Below, in pieces: positions 38,016-47,400 of a stretch of 64,000 nucleotides of DNA; position 1 is the first letter of the stretch, and the number at the start of each line of letters is the position of its first letter. The notes beneath the pieces are model-generated. The model did no database searches. It saw only the letters and a program-made list of their open reading frames with translations, and was not told the DNA's origin. The position numbers and the translations under genes were made by a program. This DNA is from Bdellovibrionota bacterium (GTDB lineage Bacteria; Bdellovibrionota_C; UBA2361; OMII01), in the NCBI GenBank assembly GCA_044356215.1, contig JBIKWQ010000002.1, positions 1-64,000 of the forward strand. Direction: 5' to 3'.

Positions 38016-39122
38016 TTGAATTTATACAGGTATTCCGGATCTCTTTTATCACTCTCTCTTGCCTTACTATTTATTAGTGTCCCGATCACCAATGGAGACG
38101 TTCCGGATAAGGAAGAAGTGAGATTTGGAGCTACACTCTCCCTGTCAGGTGGCTCGGCTCAGTTTTCTGAATCTTGTAGGAACGCGATTGAGCTTGCCTC
38201 AGCAGATGTTAATAGTGGCGGTGGGATAAATGGAGCGAAGCTTCGTGTTCTGATCGAGGACTTTGGAGATTTGGATCTAAAGCGGGCTGCGTCGGCCGCT
38301 CATAAGTTAATCAATGCTGACCGCGTTTCAGCTATCTTACCTAATTGGTCAGAGGACACTGAGGTTATCGCCCCGATTGCCGATCGCGCCGGTATAGTGG
38401 CTATGACGCTAGGGGCAGGGGGCCCGGGAGCCGCTCGATATGCGCCATCTCTTTTTCGGGCGACAACTTCAGACGGTGAATTGGCCGCGGCCGCGGCTCG
38501 CGACTATCGCACGCAAGGAGCTAATCGGGCGTGCGTTTTACACGCGAACACTAATTACTTTCAGGACATCGGAAAGAACCTAGTAGATACTTGGTCGTCT
38601 TTAGGTGGAGTGATTACGTTCCACGAAGAGGTTGACTACAATGAGCACAATCTAAGCTCGCTTGTTACGCGAATGAATAGGCGTGGCTGTGACGTGATCT
38701 TTGTTTGGACCACTCCAGCGCAGATCGCCAAGACGGTGCGAGAGCTGCGAAGGCAGCGCATCGGGACACCACGAGTATTGCCGTGGTTCGCTGATATGCC
38801 GGAGGTGCTCAATGAAACAAAAGGAGACGCCTCTTCGGCTGAGTTATATCGCTGGATTCTTAAAGACAAGAGCTTCATAGAGCGTTACAAAGTACGCTTT
38901 GGCATAGACGCGCGCAGACCAGCGGGAAATTGTTACGACGGTGTGATGCGTCTAGCGGCGGCTGCCCGCAAAGTTGGGATGACCCGTGATAAATTGATCC
39001 AAGAGCTTCTAGCTAGTGAGGATTTCTCAGGTGTAACCGGACCCTTCAGGATCCTGCCAAATAGAGAACGCACCGGGGAGATCTATGAGCGTGCGCGGAT
39101 TGTGGATGGGAAGGTTGGGTAG
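38016..39122 (+). CDS. Branched-chain amino acid-type ABC substrate-binding protein (stand-alone)
   Basis: LSLSG, N.GGGING, YDG, FSGVTG. Confidence 0.8.
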   Translation: MNLYRYSGSLLSLSLALLFISVPITNGDVPDKEEVRFGATLSLSGGSAQFSESCRNAIELASADVNSGGGINGAKLRVLIEDFGDLDLKRAASAAHKLINADRVSAILPNWSEDTEVIAPIADRAGIVAMTLGAGGPGAARYAPSLFRATTSDGELAAAAARDYRTQGANRACVLHANTNYFQDIGKNLVDTWSSLGGVITFHEEVDYNEHNLSSLVTRMNRRGCDVIFVWTTPAQIAKTVRELRRQRIGTPRVLPWFADMPEVLNETKGDASSAELYRWILKDKSFIERYKVRFGIDARRPAGNCYDGVMRLAAAARKVGMTRDKLIQELLASEDFSGVTGPFRILPNRERTGEIYERARIVDGKVG

Positions 39123-39453
39123 ATCGCTGGGAGTTTTTACGGATTCTAATTTAAGTGCGGACAAAAAGCTAAGTAGACAGCCCAAAAGTTGGAGTGTCAT
39201 GTACCCTAGCGCGACATGGAGAGTCTCGCGACCTGATGATTTTTAGTACGTGACGTAAGCTTGATTGGGCCACTTTTTCTTAAGTGAAGTAGGGTGTTAT
39301 GTCGCTTGAGAGGAGGGGCTTTGGATTTTTTCAGTATTTACGAGCATTAAGGCGCTGTTTTTTGGACTGGGGGGCTGGATCTCGTCGTAACCGATTCAGT
39401 AAAAGTAGATCCTGCAGCTTTGTTAGCGAGCCCGGCTCTGGTAATTTAGTAGA

Positions 39454-40038
39454 ATGACTGATCGTAGTTATAATCGAAAGTTTGTATCCGGGGATAAATC
39501 CGCCCCGCGCCCTGACTCTATCTTGAGCCAAGTTCAGCAGGCACTGACATGGAGAGGATTTAGTTTTAACGACTTGAGAGAGCAGATCCCCAAAACACAA
39601 GAGGGCCTGTATCACTGGGAGTCGTACCTTCTTGGCTCCGAAACCGATCCGGCTAACCTAGCGCTTATTTCACTTCCGTCCGGAGTCGCAACGACTCCGA
39701 GTCTATTTGTAGGGCCATCAGGTGATGAGCGAAGAGACTTCTCCTTCGCCGTTCACACACTGGCAGGGCATGGTGATTTGATAATAATGAAGCCTGGCGG
39801 CTCAATTGAAGTTCATGAGCTTTACAGGGGAGGACCGGTATATCACGTTAGACCAGGTGATATATACGCTCTGCAAGCTGGTGATAGAGGGCTAGTAGTT
39901 GGAGATTATTGCGCCCCGCGTTTTAAGCCTGAATGGGAGGTGCCGGTTGATCCTAGTAAGCTTCCCAACCAGTTTATTAGGAAGCTCAATGGACAAGGCA
40001 GCCGCAGAAACCCCGAGTCTAACAGCCAGTGTGGCTAG
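39454..40038 (+). CDS. Hypothetical protein, possibly cupin-like
   Basis: 194-aa ORF with GxG..., VRPGDIY and PRF motifs; start uncertain. Confidence 0.45.
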   Translation: MTDRSYNRKFVSGDKSAPRPDSILSQVQQALTWRGFSFNDLREQIPKTQEGLYHWESYLLGSETDPANLALISLPSGVATTPSLFVGPSGDERRDFSFAVHTLAGHGDLIIMKPGGSIEVHELYRGGPVYHVRPGDIYALQAGDRGLVVGDYCAPRFKPEWEVPVDPSKLPNQFIRKLNGQGSRRNPESNSQCG

Positions 40039-40627
40039 AGCTGTGGATCTGCTGGAGGCGAGTGCTCTCCGCGCTCTCTCCACCACTGACTTGCGCGGTG
40101 AAATAAAACTATTCCCGGCCCGACGGAAGAACGCAGCAGCAATAGGCAGAGACTTCCAGAAAAAAGCATAAGTTTGGGATATTCATTAATCGATAACGAG
40201 CTGAAGTGTATCTGTGAGTAGAGACTATAAGATAGTGCGCCAAACGCTCCTTGGATGATACCGAAAGCAGCAACATGCTTTGATTAGAATGCTGGCTAGC
40301 TCAGCGACTCACCTACTGCTCGTATTTTGAGCGACTGTATCAAGCACGGTTGGTGCGCAAGCCGCCACGATAACAGTAGTGCATGGAATTAACGGCTAGC
40401 ACCTTGACTTGGCCTTAAACCCCAGAAATACAACAAAGGCGACAAAAGCCAGCGTAAGTGTGGTTTTGCCGTTTTTACCAAGATTGGCCAATTGCCAGAG
40501 GTTATCAGGAGGCGATATCGTGGAGGAGCCTCGAGCCGATTTGGCAAAGCCAGCCAGGAGCTCTTGTGGCAAGAGGAAGATAGCCTTCGCGATTTACCTA
40601 ATGTAAGGAGTCTCAGTGTTAAAGAGT

Positions 40628-41044
40628 ATGCTCGATCTAGGCCCGCTAAAGAACGCGTTGTCTCAACTTGAGGATGGTCTGCGGCTAGCTGAGCAGCCTG
40701 GAGCAGCGGAGATAGTTAGAGATGGCGTGATCCAGCGATTTGAATATACCTATGAGTTGTGCTGGAAGATGTTACGACGCTACCTTGAAATGACTGAAGA
40801 CGATCCCCAGCGAGTGGACCAACTTTCATTTGGGGATCTGACACGTCTAGGTTTTGAGCGAGGGCTGCTGCGCTCAAGTTACGATGTATGGGCTGGGTTT
40901 CGTCAAGCGAGAGGAACAACTAGTCACACCTATGACAGGTTAAAGGCTGAGCAGGTGTATAGCGTAATCCCAGCTTTTTATCTTGAAGCACGTTTTTTAT
41001 TCGATCATCTGAGGCAAGCGATTTCTAGTCAGGTGGGTAAATGA
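40628..41044 (+). CDS. HEPN-domain (HI0074/HepT-like) toxin
   Basis: RDGVIQRFEYTYELCWK and the RX4HXY motif RGTTSHTY. Confidence 0.88.
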   Translation: MLDLGPLKNALSQLEDGLRLAEQPGAAEIVRDGVIQRFEYTYELCWKMLRRYLEMTEDDPQRVDQLSFGDLTRLGFERGLLRSSYDVWAGFRQARGTTSHTYDRLKAEQVYSVIPAFYLEARFLFDHLRQAISSQVGK

Positions 41045-41334
41045 TAGGGGTAACCGCGAAGCAAAAATCGTTGCTCCGTGACCTCTTACTCCGGCACGTG
41101 CCCGACACAGAGGTCTGGGTTTTTGGCTCCAGGGTCCGAGGGCCGGTGAAAGATAGTTCGGACTTAGATTTAGCTCTGTATCCAAAAAAAACACTAAGTA
41201 TGTCCGCGATGGGTCTGCTGCAAGAGGCCCTAAGTGAGGCCCTTCTGCCATTTAGGGTGGATTGTGTAGATACAACCTCGATAACTCCGGAATTTCGGGC
41301 TATTATCGATCAATCTCGGCAGAGATTTATTTGA
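41041..41334 (+). CDS. Minimal nucleotidyltransferase (MntA-like antitoxin)
   Basis: FGSRVRG...SDLDL and FRVD; overlaps the HEPN gene stop. Confidence 0.88.
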   Translation: MIGVTAKQKSLLRDLLLRHVPDTEVWVFGSRVRGPVKDSSDLDLALYPKKTLSMSAMGLLQEALSEALLPFRVDCVDTTSITPEFRAIIDQSRQRFI

Positions 41335-41380
41335 CGGCATATATCCTTTAGGTTGGCCGTTATATGAATTAGGTGAATAA

Positions 41381-43033
41381 GTGCTACTTCGCGGAACAGC
41401 TATCGTTTCAGTTTTAACCCTACTTAGTCGCCTTCTAGGTTTCGCCCGCGATCTCCTGGTTGCTCGGCTACTAGGCGCGTCACTTTTCGCTGACGCTTTC
41501 TTTGTGGCCTTTAGAATCCCTAATCTCCTTAGAAGCTTTGTCGCCGAGGGGGCGCTGACTTCGGCATTTACACCGGTTTTCTCGAGCGCCTTAACTAAGG
41601 GCAAAGACGAGGCCCGCGAGACTGTACGTAGGATTATCGGATTTCTCTTATTAATTACGTTAACGCTAACTGCTCTGCTAGTCCTGTTTGCCCCGGCAAT
41701 TATCGATTTAATGGCGCCTGGATTCAGGGTGGAGGGGAGAAAGTTTGAATTGTGCGTAAAGTTAACGCGCATGATGGCGCCTTATATCGCTTGTGTCAGT
41801 TTGATAGCCCTTGTAAACGCCGCGTTAAATGCTCTTAACATCTTCGGAGCGTCAGCGTGGGCTCAGGTGGTGATGAATTTAGTGCTGATAGTGGGTGCCT
41901 TACTGGCCACGCCATTCGATCTTACAACGGCTACCGTTGTACTAGCGTTGTCCGTCCTAATTGGTGGTGTCGTTCAGGTACTTGTTCAGGTTCCAGCTTG
42001 TCGTCGTAGTGGCCTATCGCTTAAGCCGTCTACACAATTATTCTCTCGTGATGTTAGAGATGTTGTGAAACTCATGATACCGGCGACGCTTGGTGCTTCG
42101 GTTTATCAGATAACGATCTTCATGAGCACGATATTAGCTTCGTTGCTTCCATCTGGCAGCGTCTCTTGGCTCTTCTATGCTGACCGCGTGGCGCAATTTC
42201 CTATCGGTGTATTTTCGGTGGCACTCGCGTCTGTACTGCTGCCGGCGCTTGCTAATGCTTCAGCAAAAAGTGATGATTCAGCGTTCACTCGAAACCTGTC
42301 TAATTCTCTGCGCTATACAAGTTTCTGCATTATTCCGATGTCTGTTGGTATCGCGGTGCTGGCCCTGCCGATTACAAAGATCTTATTCGAAAGGGGAGCA
42401 TTTGATCAGGTATCGAGTTTAAAGACAGCTTTGGCGCTGCAGTCACTATGTTTTGGTTTATGGGCTTCTAGCTGCTATTCCATGCTGGCCCGAGCGTTTA
42501 TCGCCAGAAAAGATACGCTAACCCCAAGCTTAATCGGCATGGCATCTTTGATGATTAATCTTGTTGTATCGCTGTCTCTGATGGGAGCTCTAAAAGTTGG
42601 TAGTGACTCCGGGTACATAACAGGTACCCTTAGAGCTCTTCAAATGGCAGTGACAGTGGCATTTCCTTTCTCATCAAATCTAGGTCATGTAGGCTTAGCA
42701 GCCGCTTCGTCTGTAGCCGCTTTGGCGAGTCTAGTTTTCGCGCTTTTGCTGTTTCGTTTTAAGTTAGGGGTATTTCCTTGGAGTGATTTTATCTCGGCTA
42801 CTTGGAGGTCTCTATGTGCTTCGCTCTGTATGGCTGTGGTGGTAAAGCTAGTAATTGTGAATATTCAAAATCCTCTGTGGGCGTGCGTATTTGGCGCGTT
42901 TTTAGGGGCTGTTACCTTTATTGTTGCTTCGTTTCTGGTAAACTCACGGGAGCTTAAGGAGGCGCTGTTAGTGGCGAGGGCTAAGTTAAGGAAGCGAGGC
43001 AAAACCCCTCCCTGCTGCGAAAGCAGATCTTGA
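41381..43033 (+). CDS. murJ: Lipid II flippase MurJ (last codons derived from a MITE)
   Basis: SRLLGFARD, FRIPNLLR..AEGA, YADRV.QFP.G, FERGAF. Confidence 0.95.
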   Translation: MLLRGTAIVSVLTLLSRLLGFARDLLVARLLGASLFADAFFVAFRIPNLLRSFVAEGALTSAFTPVFSSALTKGKDEARETVRRIIGFLLLITLTLTALLVLFAPAIIDLMAPGFRVEGRKFELCVKLTRMMAPYIACVSLIALVNAALNALNIFGASAWAQVVMNLVLIVGALLATPFDLTTATVVLALSVLIGGVVQVLVQVPACRRSGLSLKPSTQLFSRDVRDVVKLMIPATLGASVYQITIFMSTILASLLPSGSVSWLFYADRVAQFPIGVFSVALASVLLPALANASAKSDDSAFTRNLSNSLRYTSFCIIPMSVGIAVLALPITKILFERGAFDQVSSLKTALALQSLCFGLWASSCYSMLARAFIARKDTLTPSLIGMASLMINLVVSLSLMGALKVGSDSGYITGTLRALQMAVTVAFPFSSNLGHVGLAAASSVAALASLVFALLLFRFKLGVFPWSDFISATWRSLCASLCMAVVVKLVIVNIQNPLWACVFGAFLGAVTFIVASFLVNSRELKEALLVARAKLRKRGKTPPCCESRS

Positions 43034-43174
43034 GCTGCTCTTCGAATTTCGCGACGAGAAAAAATCCTCAATGTATCTCAGCGGATACATCTGCGGTTTT
43101 TTCTCATCACGAAACTCGAATATCAACTCAACCTCCACTTTCTCGCTACGAGCAGGTTTTGCCTCACTTCCTTA
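42987..43174 (+). mobile_element. Palindromic MITE-like element, copy 3 (divergent, no nested insert)
   Basis: TAAGGAAGCGAGGCAAAA...TTTTGCCTCACTTCCTTA with the same internal AATCCTCAATGTATC...GATAC..TGCGGTT core. Confidence 0.88.
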
Positions 43175-43246
43175 AGGAAGCAAAAATAGCTGAAGTAGTG
43201 ATGTACTAACGGCAATGATCTTAAATCTTGATGAGTAGTCGCGAGA

Positions 43247-44524
43247 ATGAAATCTGACGATTTGATAAGCCGAGATAAAGCTGTAATTTGGCATCCCTTC
43301 ACTCAGAGCGCTCTTGAGCAAGAGATGTTGGATGTTGACCGAGCAGGCGGTGCTAGCCTGTTTCTTAAATCTGGAGAGGAGTTAATCGATGGTATCAGCT
43401 CGTGGTGGTGTAACCTTCACGGACACGGGCACCCGGAGTTAGTTAAGGCTGCGACGGATCAATTTAAGAGATTAGATCACATTTTATTCGCCGGATGCAC
43501 GCATGAGCCTGCGGTCGCTTTAGGTGAGGAGTTAGTGCGGGTCCTTCCAGGTGACATGGGGAAGGTTTTCTATTCCGACAATGGCTCTACCGCTGTTGAG
43601 GTAGCGCTTAAGATGGCTATTCAATGGTGGCACAACCGTGGGGATAGTCGCGGCACTACAGTGGCATTGACTGGCAGTTATCACGGCGACACCTTTGGTG
43701 CTATGTCCGCTGGAGCGCGGGGACTATTCACTAAGCCTTTTGACCAGATGCTTTTTCAAGTAGAGCATCTAGATGTCGATCAACCCGAGCAGGCTATCGC
43801 ATCACTTGAGAGTTTGTGCGCGGCGGGGAAAGTGGCAGCGTTTATTTATGAGCCTCTTATTCAGGGGGCGGGTGGGATGCGCATCTATAGCCGCGATACT
43901 TTAGAGCGACTAATTGATATCTGTAAAAGCTATGGAGTTATCTGTATCGCTGATGAAGTAATGACAGGTTTTGGCAGAACAGGGCCGCTTTTCGCGTCTT
44001 CGAGTTTAAAGACCGCGCCTGACATCATCTGCATTTCAAAGGGGCTTACAAGTGGGTCTGTGCCTTTGTCGGCGACGGTGTGTTCAGAGGAGATCTTTCA
44101 AGGCTTCGTATCGCGGGAGATGACGCATACATTTTTTCATGGCCACACATACACTGGTAATCCGATAGCAGCATCGATCGCCTTAGCGAGTCTTAAGCTT
44201 ACAGAGTCAGATGAGTGCGCCTCGAATAGAGCCAGGATTCATGCGGCGCACGTTAAGTGTGCGCAGGAGTTAATCGCGCTTCCAACGGTTTCAAATGCCC
44301 GAGTTTTAGGTACGGTCATAGCGTTTGATCTGCTAGACCCTGAGGGTAAGGGGTACCTAAGCTCGGTAAAAGATGATGCGAGTAGATTTTTTAGGAGCCG
44401 CGGAGTTCTTTTGAGGCCTTTAGGAAACGTGGTGTACGCGTTGCCACCGTATTGCATAACTGACGAGCAGCTTGAGCGTCTTCACAGGAGCATGATTGAT
44501 TTCGCGGCTGGGGGAAGGGGATAA
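43247..44524 (+). CDS. bioA: Adenosylmethionine-8-amino-7-oxononanoate aminotransferase
   Basis: WHPFTQ, SSWW, DNGS.AVE.A.K, YHGDT, DEVMTGFGRTG, SKGLT. Confidence 0.95.
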   Translation: MKSDDLISRDKAVIWHPFTQSALEQEMLDVDRAGGASLFLKSGEELIDGISSWWCNLHGHGHPELVKAATDQFKRLDHILFAGCTHEPAVALGEELVRVLPGDMGKVFYSDNGSTAVEVALKMAIQWWHNRGDSRGTTVALTGSYHGDTFGAMSAGARGLFTKPFDQMLFQVEHLDVDQPEQAIASLESLCAAGKVAAFIYEPLIQGAGGMRIYSRDTLERLIDICKSYGVICIADEVMTGFGRTGPLFASSSLKTAPDIICISKGLTSGSVPLSATVCSEEIFQGFVSREMTHTFFHGHTYTGNPIAASIALASLKLTESDECASNRARIHAAHVKCAQELIALPTVSNARVLGTVIAFDLLDPEGKGYLSSVKDDASRFFRSRGVLLRPLGNVVYALPPYCITDEQLERLHRSMIDFAAGGRG

Positions 44525-44548
44525 GTTGGGAGCGCCTTTGACCTCCAT

Positions 44549-44561
44549 GTAGTCGGGCTAC
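44549..44561. repeat. GTAG palindrome upstream of the RAYT gene
   Basis: GTAGTCGGGCTAC; its reverse complement matches 45775-45787 at 12 of 13 positions. Confidence 0.55.
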
Positions 44562-44658
44562 TCTTTATCGTCCTGCCTGAACTTTTTTGCCCAGCGCGCA
44601 ACTTTGACAATCCAGCGCACGATATTTAGAGAGTCTTTTAACTAATAGAGGCTCTCTG

Positions 44659-45624
44659 ATGATAAAATATCACCAAAAAGGCAGTGTGCTATTTATTACC
44701 TTCTCTGTGGAGGAGGGGCTCCTTTTCCAAGCCAACCCGCTTTGTACGGCTATTATACAGAGCTGCCTTGTGGCGGCATCGAAGCTTTATCCCCTCAAGA
44801 TATCTCACATTACTGCTGAGGCCACACACTTTCACACTATTATTACTGTTTTAAACCCGGATCATGTGCAGGCTTTCCTCAGACATTTTAAAACCGAGTC
44901 GGCTCATGCGATTAACGCCGTCCTGGGAAGAAAAAAGAGAACCGTGTGGTGTGATGGATACGATAGCCCACGCGTTCTGACCCTATCTAAAGCGATAGCG
45001 CTCATATCTTATACCTACTGCAACCCGGCTAAGGACAACCTTGTTTCATCAATCGAGGAGTACCCAGGATTCTCAACGTGGCAGATGTTTAGATCCGGTG
45101 AGACAACAAAGAGGTGGAAGAGATTTAGACGCCCGCAGTACCGGTGCCTTGCTCCAGAGAGCCATAACTTAAGAGGCTATACAAAAGAGGCTCAGCGACT
45201 CCTTGATGGGTCTTCAGAGGTTGAGACATTTACCTTAGAGCCAAACGCGTGGATGGAGGCGTTTGGGATAACAGATCCTGAACAGCAGAAAAGAATTAAC
45301 GATAGGATTGTTGAGCGCGTCTGCACCTTAGAGAAGCGCGCTGCTGAGAAGCGGATACGCGAAAATAAGACCGTCATTGGACGCAGACGACTAGAGGAGC
45401 AGAAGATCGATACATCTTATAGACCGGACCGAAAGGGAAGGAAGACGTGGTGCCTCTCGGATAACCGCTCGTTAAGAATTCAGTATATAAAAAAGTTAAA
45501 GGGACTACGAAAGGAAGGTCAAGCGATTAGAGCCAAGTGGATTATGGGCGATAGAACCGCCGTGTATCCACCTGGACTGTACCCTCCGTCGTTTCCGAAG
45601 CTAGCCAATGTTGTAGGCTGCTAG
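44659..45624 (+). CDS. REP-associated tyrosine transposase (RAYT; Y1 HUH) with C-terminal extension
   Basis: FIT, HUH motif THFH, FK...A..IN, VW..GY, Y..CNPAKDNLV....YP.FS. Confidence 0.85.
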   Translation: MIKYHQKGSVLFITFSVEEGLLFQANPLCTAIIQSCLVAASKLYPLKISHITAEATHFHTIITVLNPDHVQAFLRHFKTESAHAINAVLGRKKRTVWCDGYDSPRVLTLSKAIALISYTYCNPAKDNLVSSIEEYPGFSTWQMFRSGETTKRWKRFRRPQYRCLAPESHNLRGYTKEAQRLLDGSSEVETFTLEPNAWMEAFGITDPEQQKRINDRIVERVCTLEKRAAEKRIRENKTVIGRRRLEEQKIDTSYRPDRKGRKTWCLSDNRSLRIQYIKKLKGLRKEGQAIRAKWIMGDRTAVYPPGLYPPSFPKLANVVGC

Positions 45625-45774
45625 AGTCCTTTCCTATCCCATAGTGCGACTTCTGACTCGCAGCGCCGAGGTGTATCTACTGTTGGCGGTTGACTGGCTT
45701 GTTTCGACGCATTTCCTCGATTTACAGAGTTTTAGTGATGCCTCGACGCTCTGATTATTACGCAGCCGCTTCCG

Positions 45775-45818
45775 GTAGCCCGGCTACAGGGACTCGGGGC
45801 CGGCTACCGGGACTGGGA
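45775..45818. repeat. GTAG palindrome plus a 20-bp tandem repeat downstream of the RAYT gene
   Basis: GTAGCCCGGCTAC followed by two copies of CCGGCTAC(A/C)GGGACT(C/G)GG. Confidence 0.55.
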
Positions 45819-45856
45819 AGGACTCAAGCAGAGACTCGGAATCGCTCGCGGCGACC

Positions 45857-47380
45857 TCACCCCAACAACGACACCCCCGTCATCTCCTTGGGCTGCTCCA
45901 GCCCCATCATCGCCAGGATAGTTGGAGCAACGTCACAGAGCGCGCCGTCGGCCTTTAGGGTGACGCCAGGCTTATGGCCTACCAGTATAACCGGCACTGG
46001 GAATGTTGTGTGCGCGGTGTGTGGCGTGCCATCGGCATAATTGATCATCTGCTCGGCGTTTCCGTGGTCGGCTATAATTAGAGCCTGCCCTCTGACTTCT
46101 TCTAAGTTTTTTAGAATCTCTCCTAGGCATGAATCAACCGTCTCAACCGCCTTGATCCCCGCATCCACCACTCCAGTATGGCCCACCATATCGCAGTTGG
46201 CGAAGTTAACAACGACTAGGCCGTACTTTCCAGAACGCAATCCACCGGTTACTAATTCAGTTACACCGTGAGCGCTCATCTCAGGTTCTAGATCGTATGT
46301 TTTCACATCACGCGGAGAGGGGACTAATTGGCGATCTTCTCCTGGATAGGGCTTCTCGATTCCGCCATTTAGGAAATAGGTCACATGTGGATATTTCTCG
46401 GTCTCAGCGACCCGGAGCTGGCCGATGCCGTTGTTGGCTACTACTTCGCCTAGGTGGTTCTTAATCTCTCTCTGCTCAAATAGAAATGGTAACCCTAAGG
46501 TGTGATCATAATCGGTAAAGCAGAGAACGTGCTGGCTCTCTGGTACTAGACCTTCTCTCTTGAATCCTTCAAAAGACGGCGAGCAGATAGAGGAAACTAT
46601 TTCGCGCATGCGATCTTCACGGAAATTAAAGAAAATAACTGAGTCACCCCGCTCGAATCCCCGGTAGTTAATCGTAGCTGGCTCAAGGAACTCGTCGGTA
46701 ACACCCTTCGCGTAAGAAGAGTTTATGTATTCCGCCGCTGAAGTAATCGCAGTCCCCTTTCCTAAGCAGATCGCGTTGTAAGCCGCCTGAACACGCTCCC
46801 ACCGTTTGTCGCGGTCCATCGCGAAGAAACGTCCGCAAACTGTTGCTATTCGGCAGTTTGGAGTGTCCGCTATGAAATCACTTAGATCTTTTAGGTCGTT
46901 TTTAAAAGATGTCGGTGAGACGTCTCTGCCATCACTAATTGGATGAAGAGCGATATTCATTCCATTTAGATCGCTCTTTAGTCGCTTTAAGAGAAGCTTT
47001 AAATGCTCGCTGTGAGAGTGAACACCGCCAGAGCTAAGGAGTCCGATAATATGGACGGTTTTAGATTCTTTAGCTGTCTCTAAAAACTCCTGATAAGCCG
47101 CTGACGAATCAAGGAAGGACCCAGATAACGCGCGAGAGATCTTTAATAGCCACTGCTCAACTTCTCGGCCTGCGCCTATATTGAGATGTCCTACTTCAGA
47201 GTTTCCCATCTGGCCGGCCGGGAGCCCAACACGCTCACCAAAAGTGGTTAGAGTGGCGTGCGGATGTGATGACAAGAGTCCGTCGATTACCGGTTTCTTG
47301 GCCAAGGCTACCGCGTTACCAACTGAGTTCGGATTAATTCCAAATCCATCTAAGATACAGAGAAGGGTTGGCTTAGTCAT
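45857..47380 (-). CDS. gpmI: 2,3-bisphosphoglycerate-independent phosphoglycerate mutase
   Basis: ILDGFG, QMGNSEVGH, AMDRDKRW, AETEKYPHVT, DMVGHTG, ADHGN. Confidence 0.96.
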   Translation of the reverse strand: MTKPTLLCILDGFGINPNSVGNAVALAKKPVIDGLLSSHPHATLTTFGERVGLPAGQMGNSEVGHLNIGAGREVEQWLLKISRALSGSFLDSSAAYQEFLETAKESKTVHIIGLLSSGGVHSHSEHLKLLLKRLKSDLNGMNIALHPISDGRDVSPTSFKNDLKDLSDFIADTPNCRIATVCGRFFAMDRDKRWERVQAAYNAICLGKGTAITSAAEYINSSYAKGVTDEFLEPATINYRGFERGDSVIFFNFREDRMREIVSSICSPSFEGFKREGLVPESQHVLCFTDYDHTLGLPFLFEQREIKNHLGEVVANNGIGQLRVAETEKYPHVTYFLNGGIEKPYPGEDRQLVPSPRDVKTYDLEPEMSAHGVTELVTGGLRSGKYGLVVVNFANCDMVGHTGVVDAGIKAVETVDSCLGEILKNLEEVRGQALIIADHGNAEQMINYADGTPHTAHTTFPVPVILVGHKPGVTLKADGALCDVAPTILAMMGLEQPKEMTGVSLLG

Positions 47381-47400
47381 ACTAGTTCCACAGATAAAAG

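Noticed and set aside
45665..45683. 17/19 match (GCCGAGGTGTATCtaCTGT) between the RAYT 3' flank and MITE copy 2 (9859-9877)
   Set aside because: The match is short, spans the nested-insert junction and lacks the pairing GATAC arm; I cannot distinguish it from chance without more genomes.
45690..46040. 116-aa plus-strand ORF downstream of the RAYT gene
   Set aside because: It runs through the repeat region and antisense into gpmI, with no recognisable motif; it is not a tnpB.
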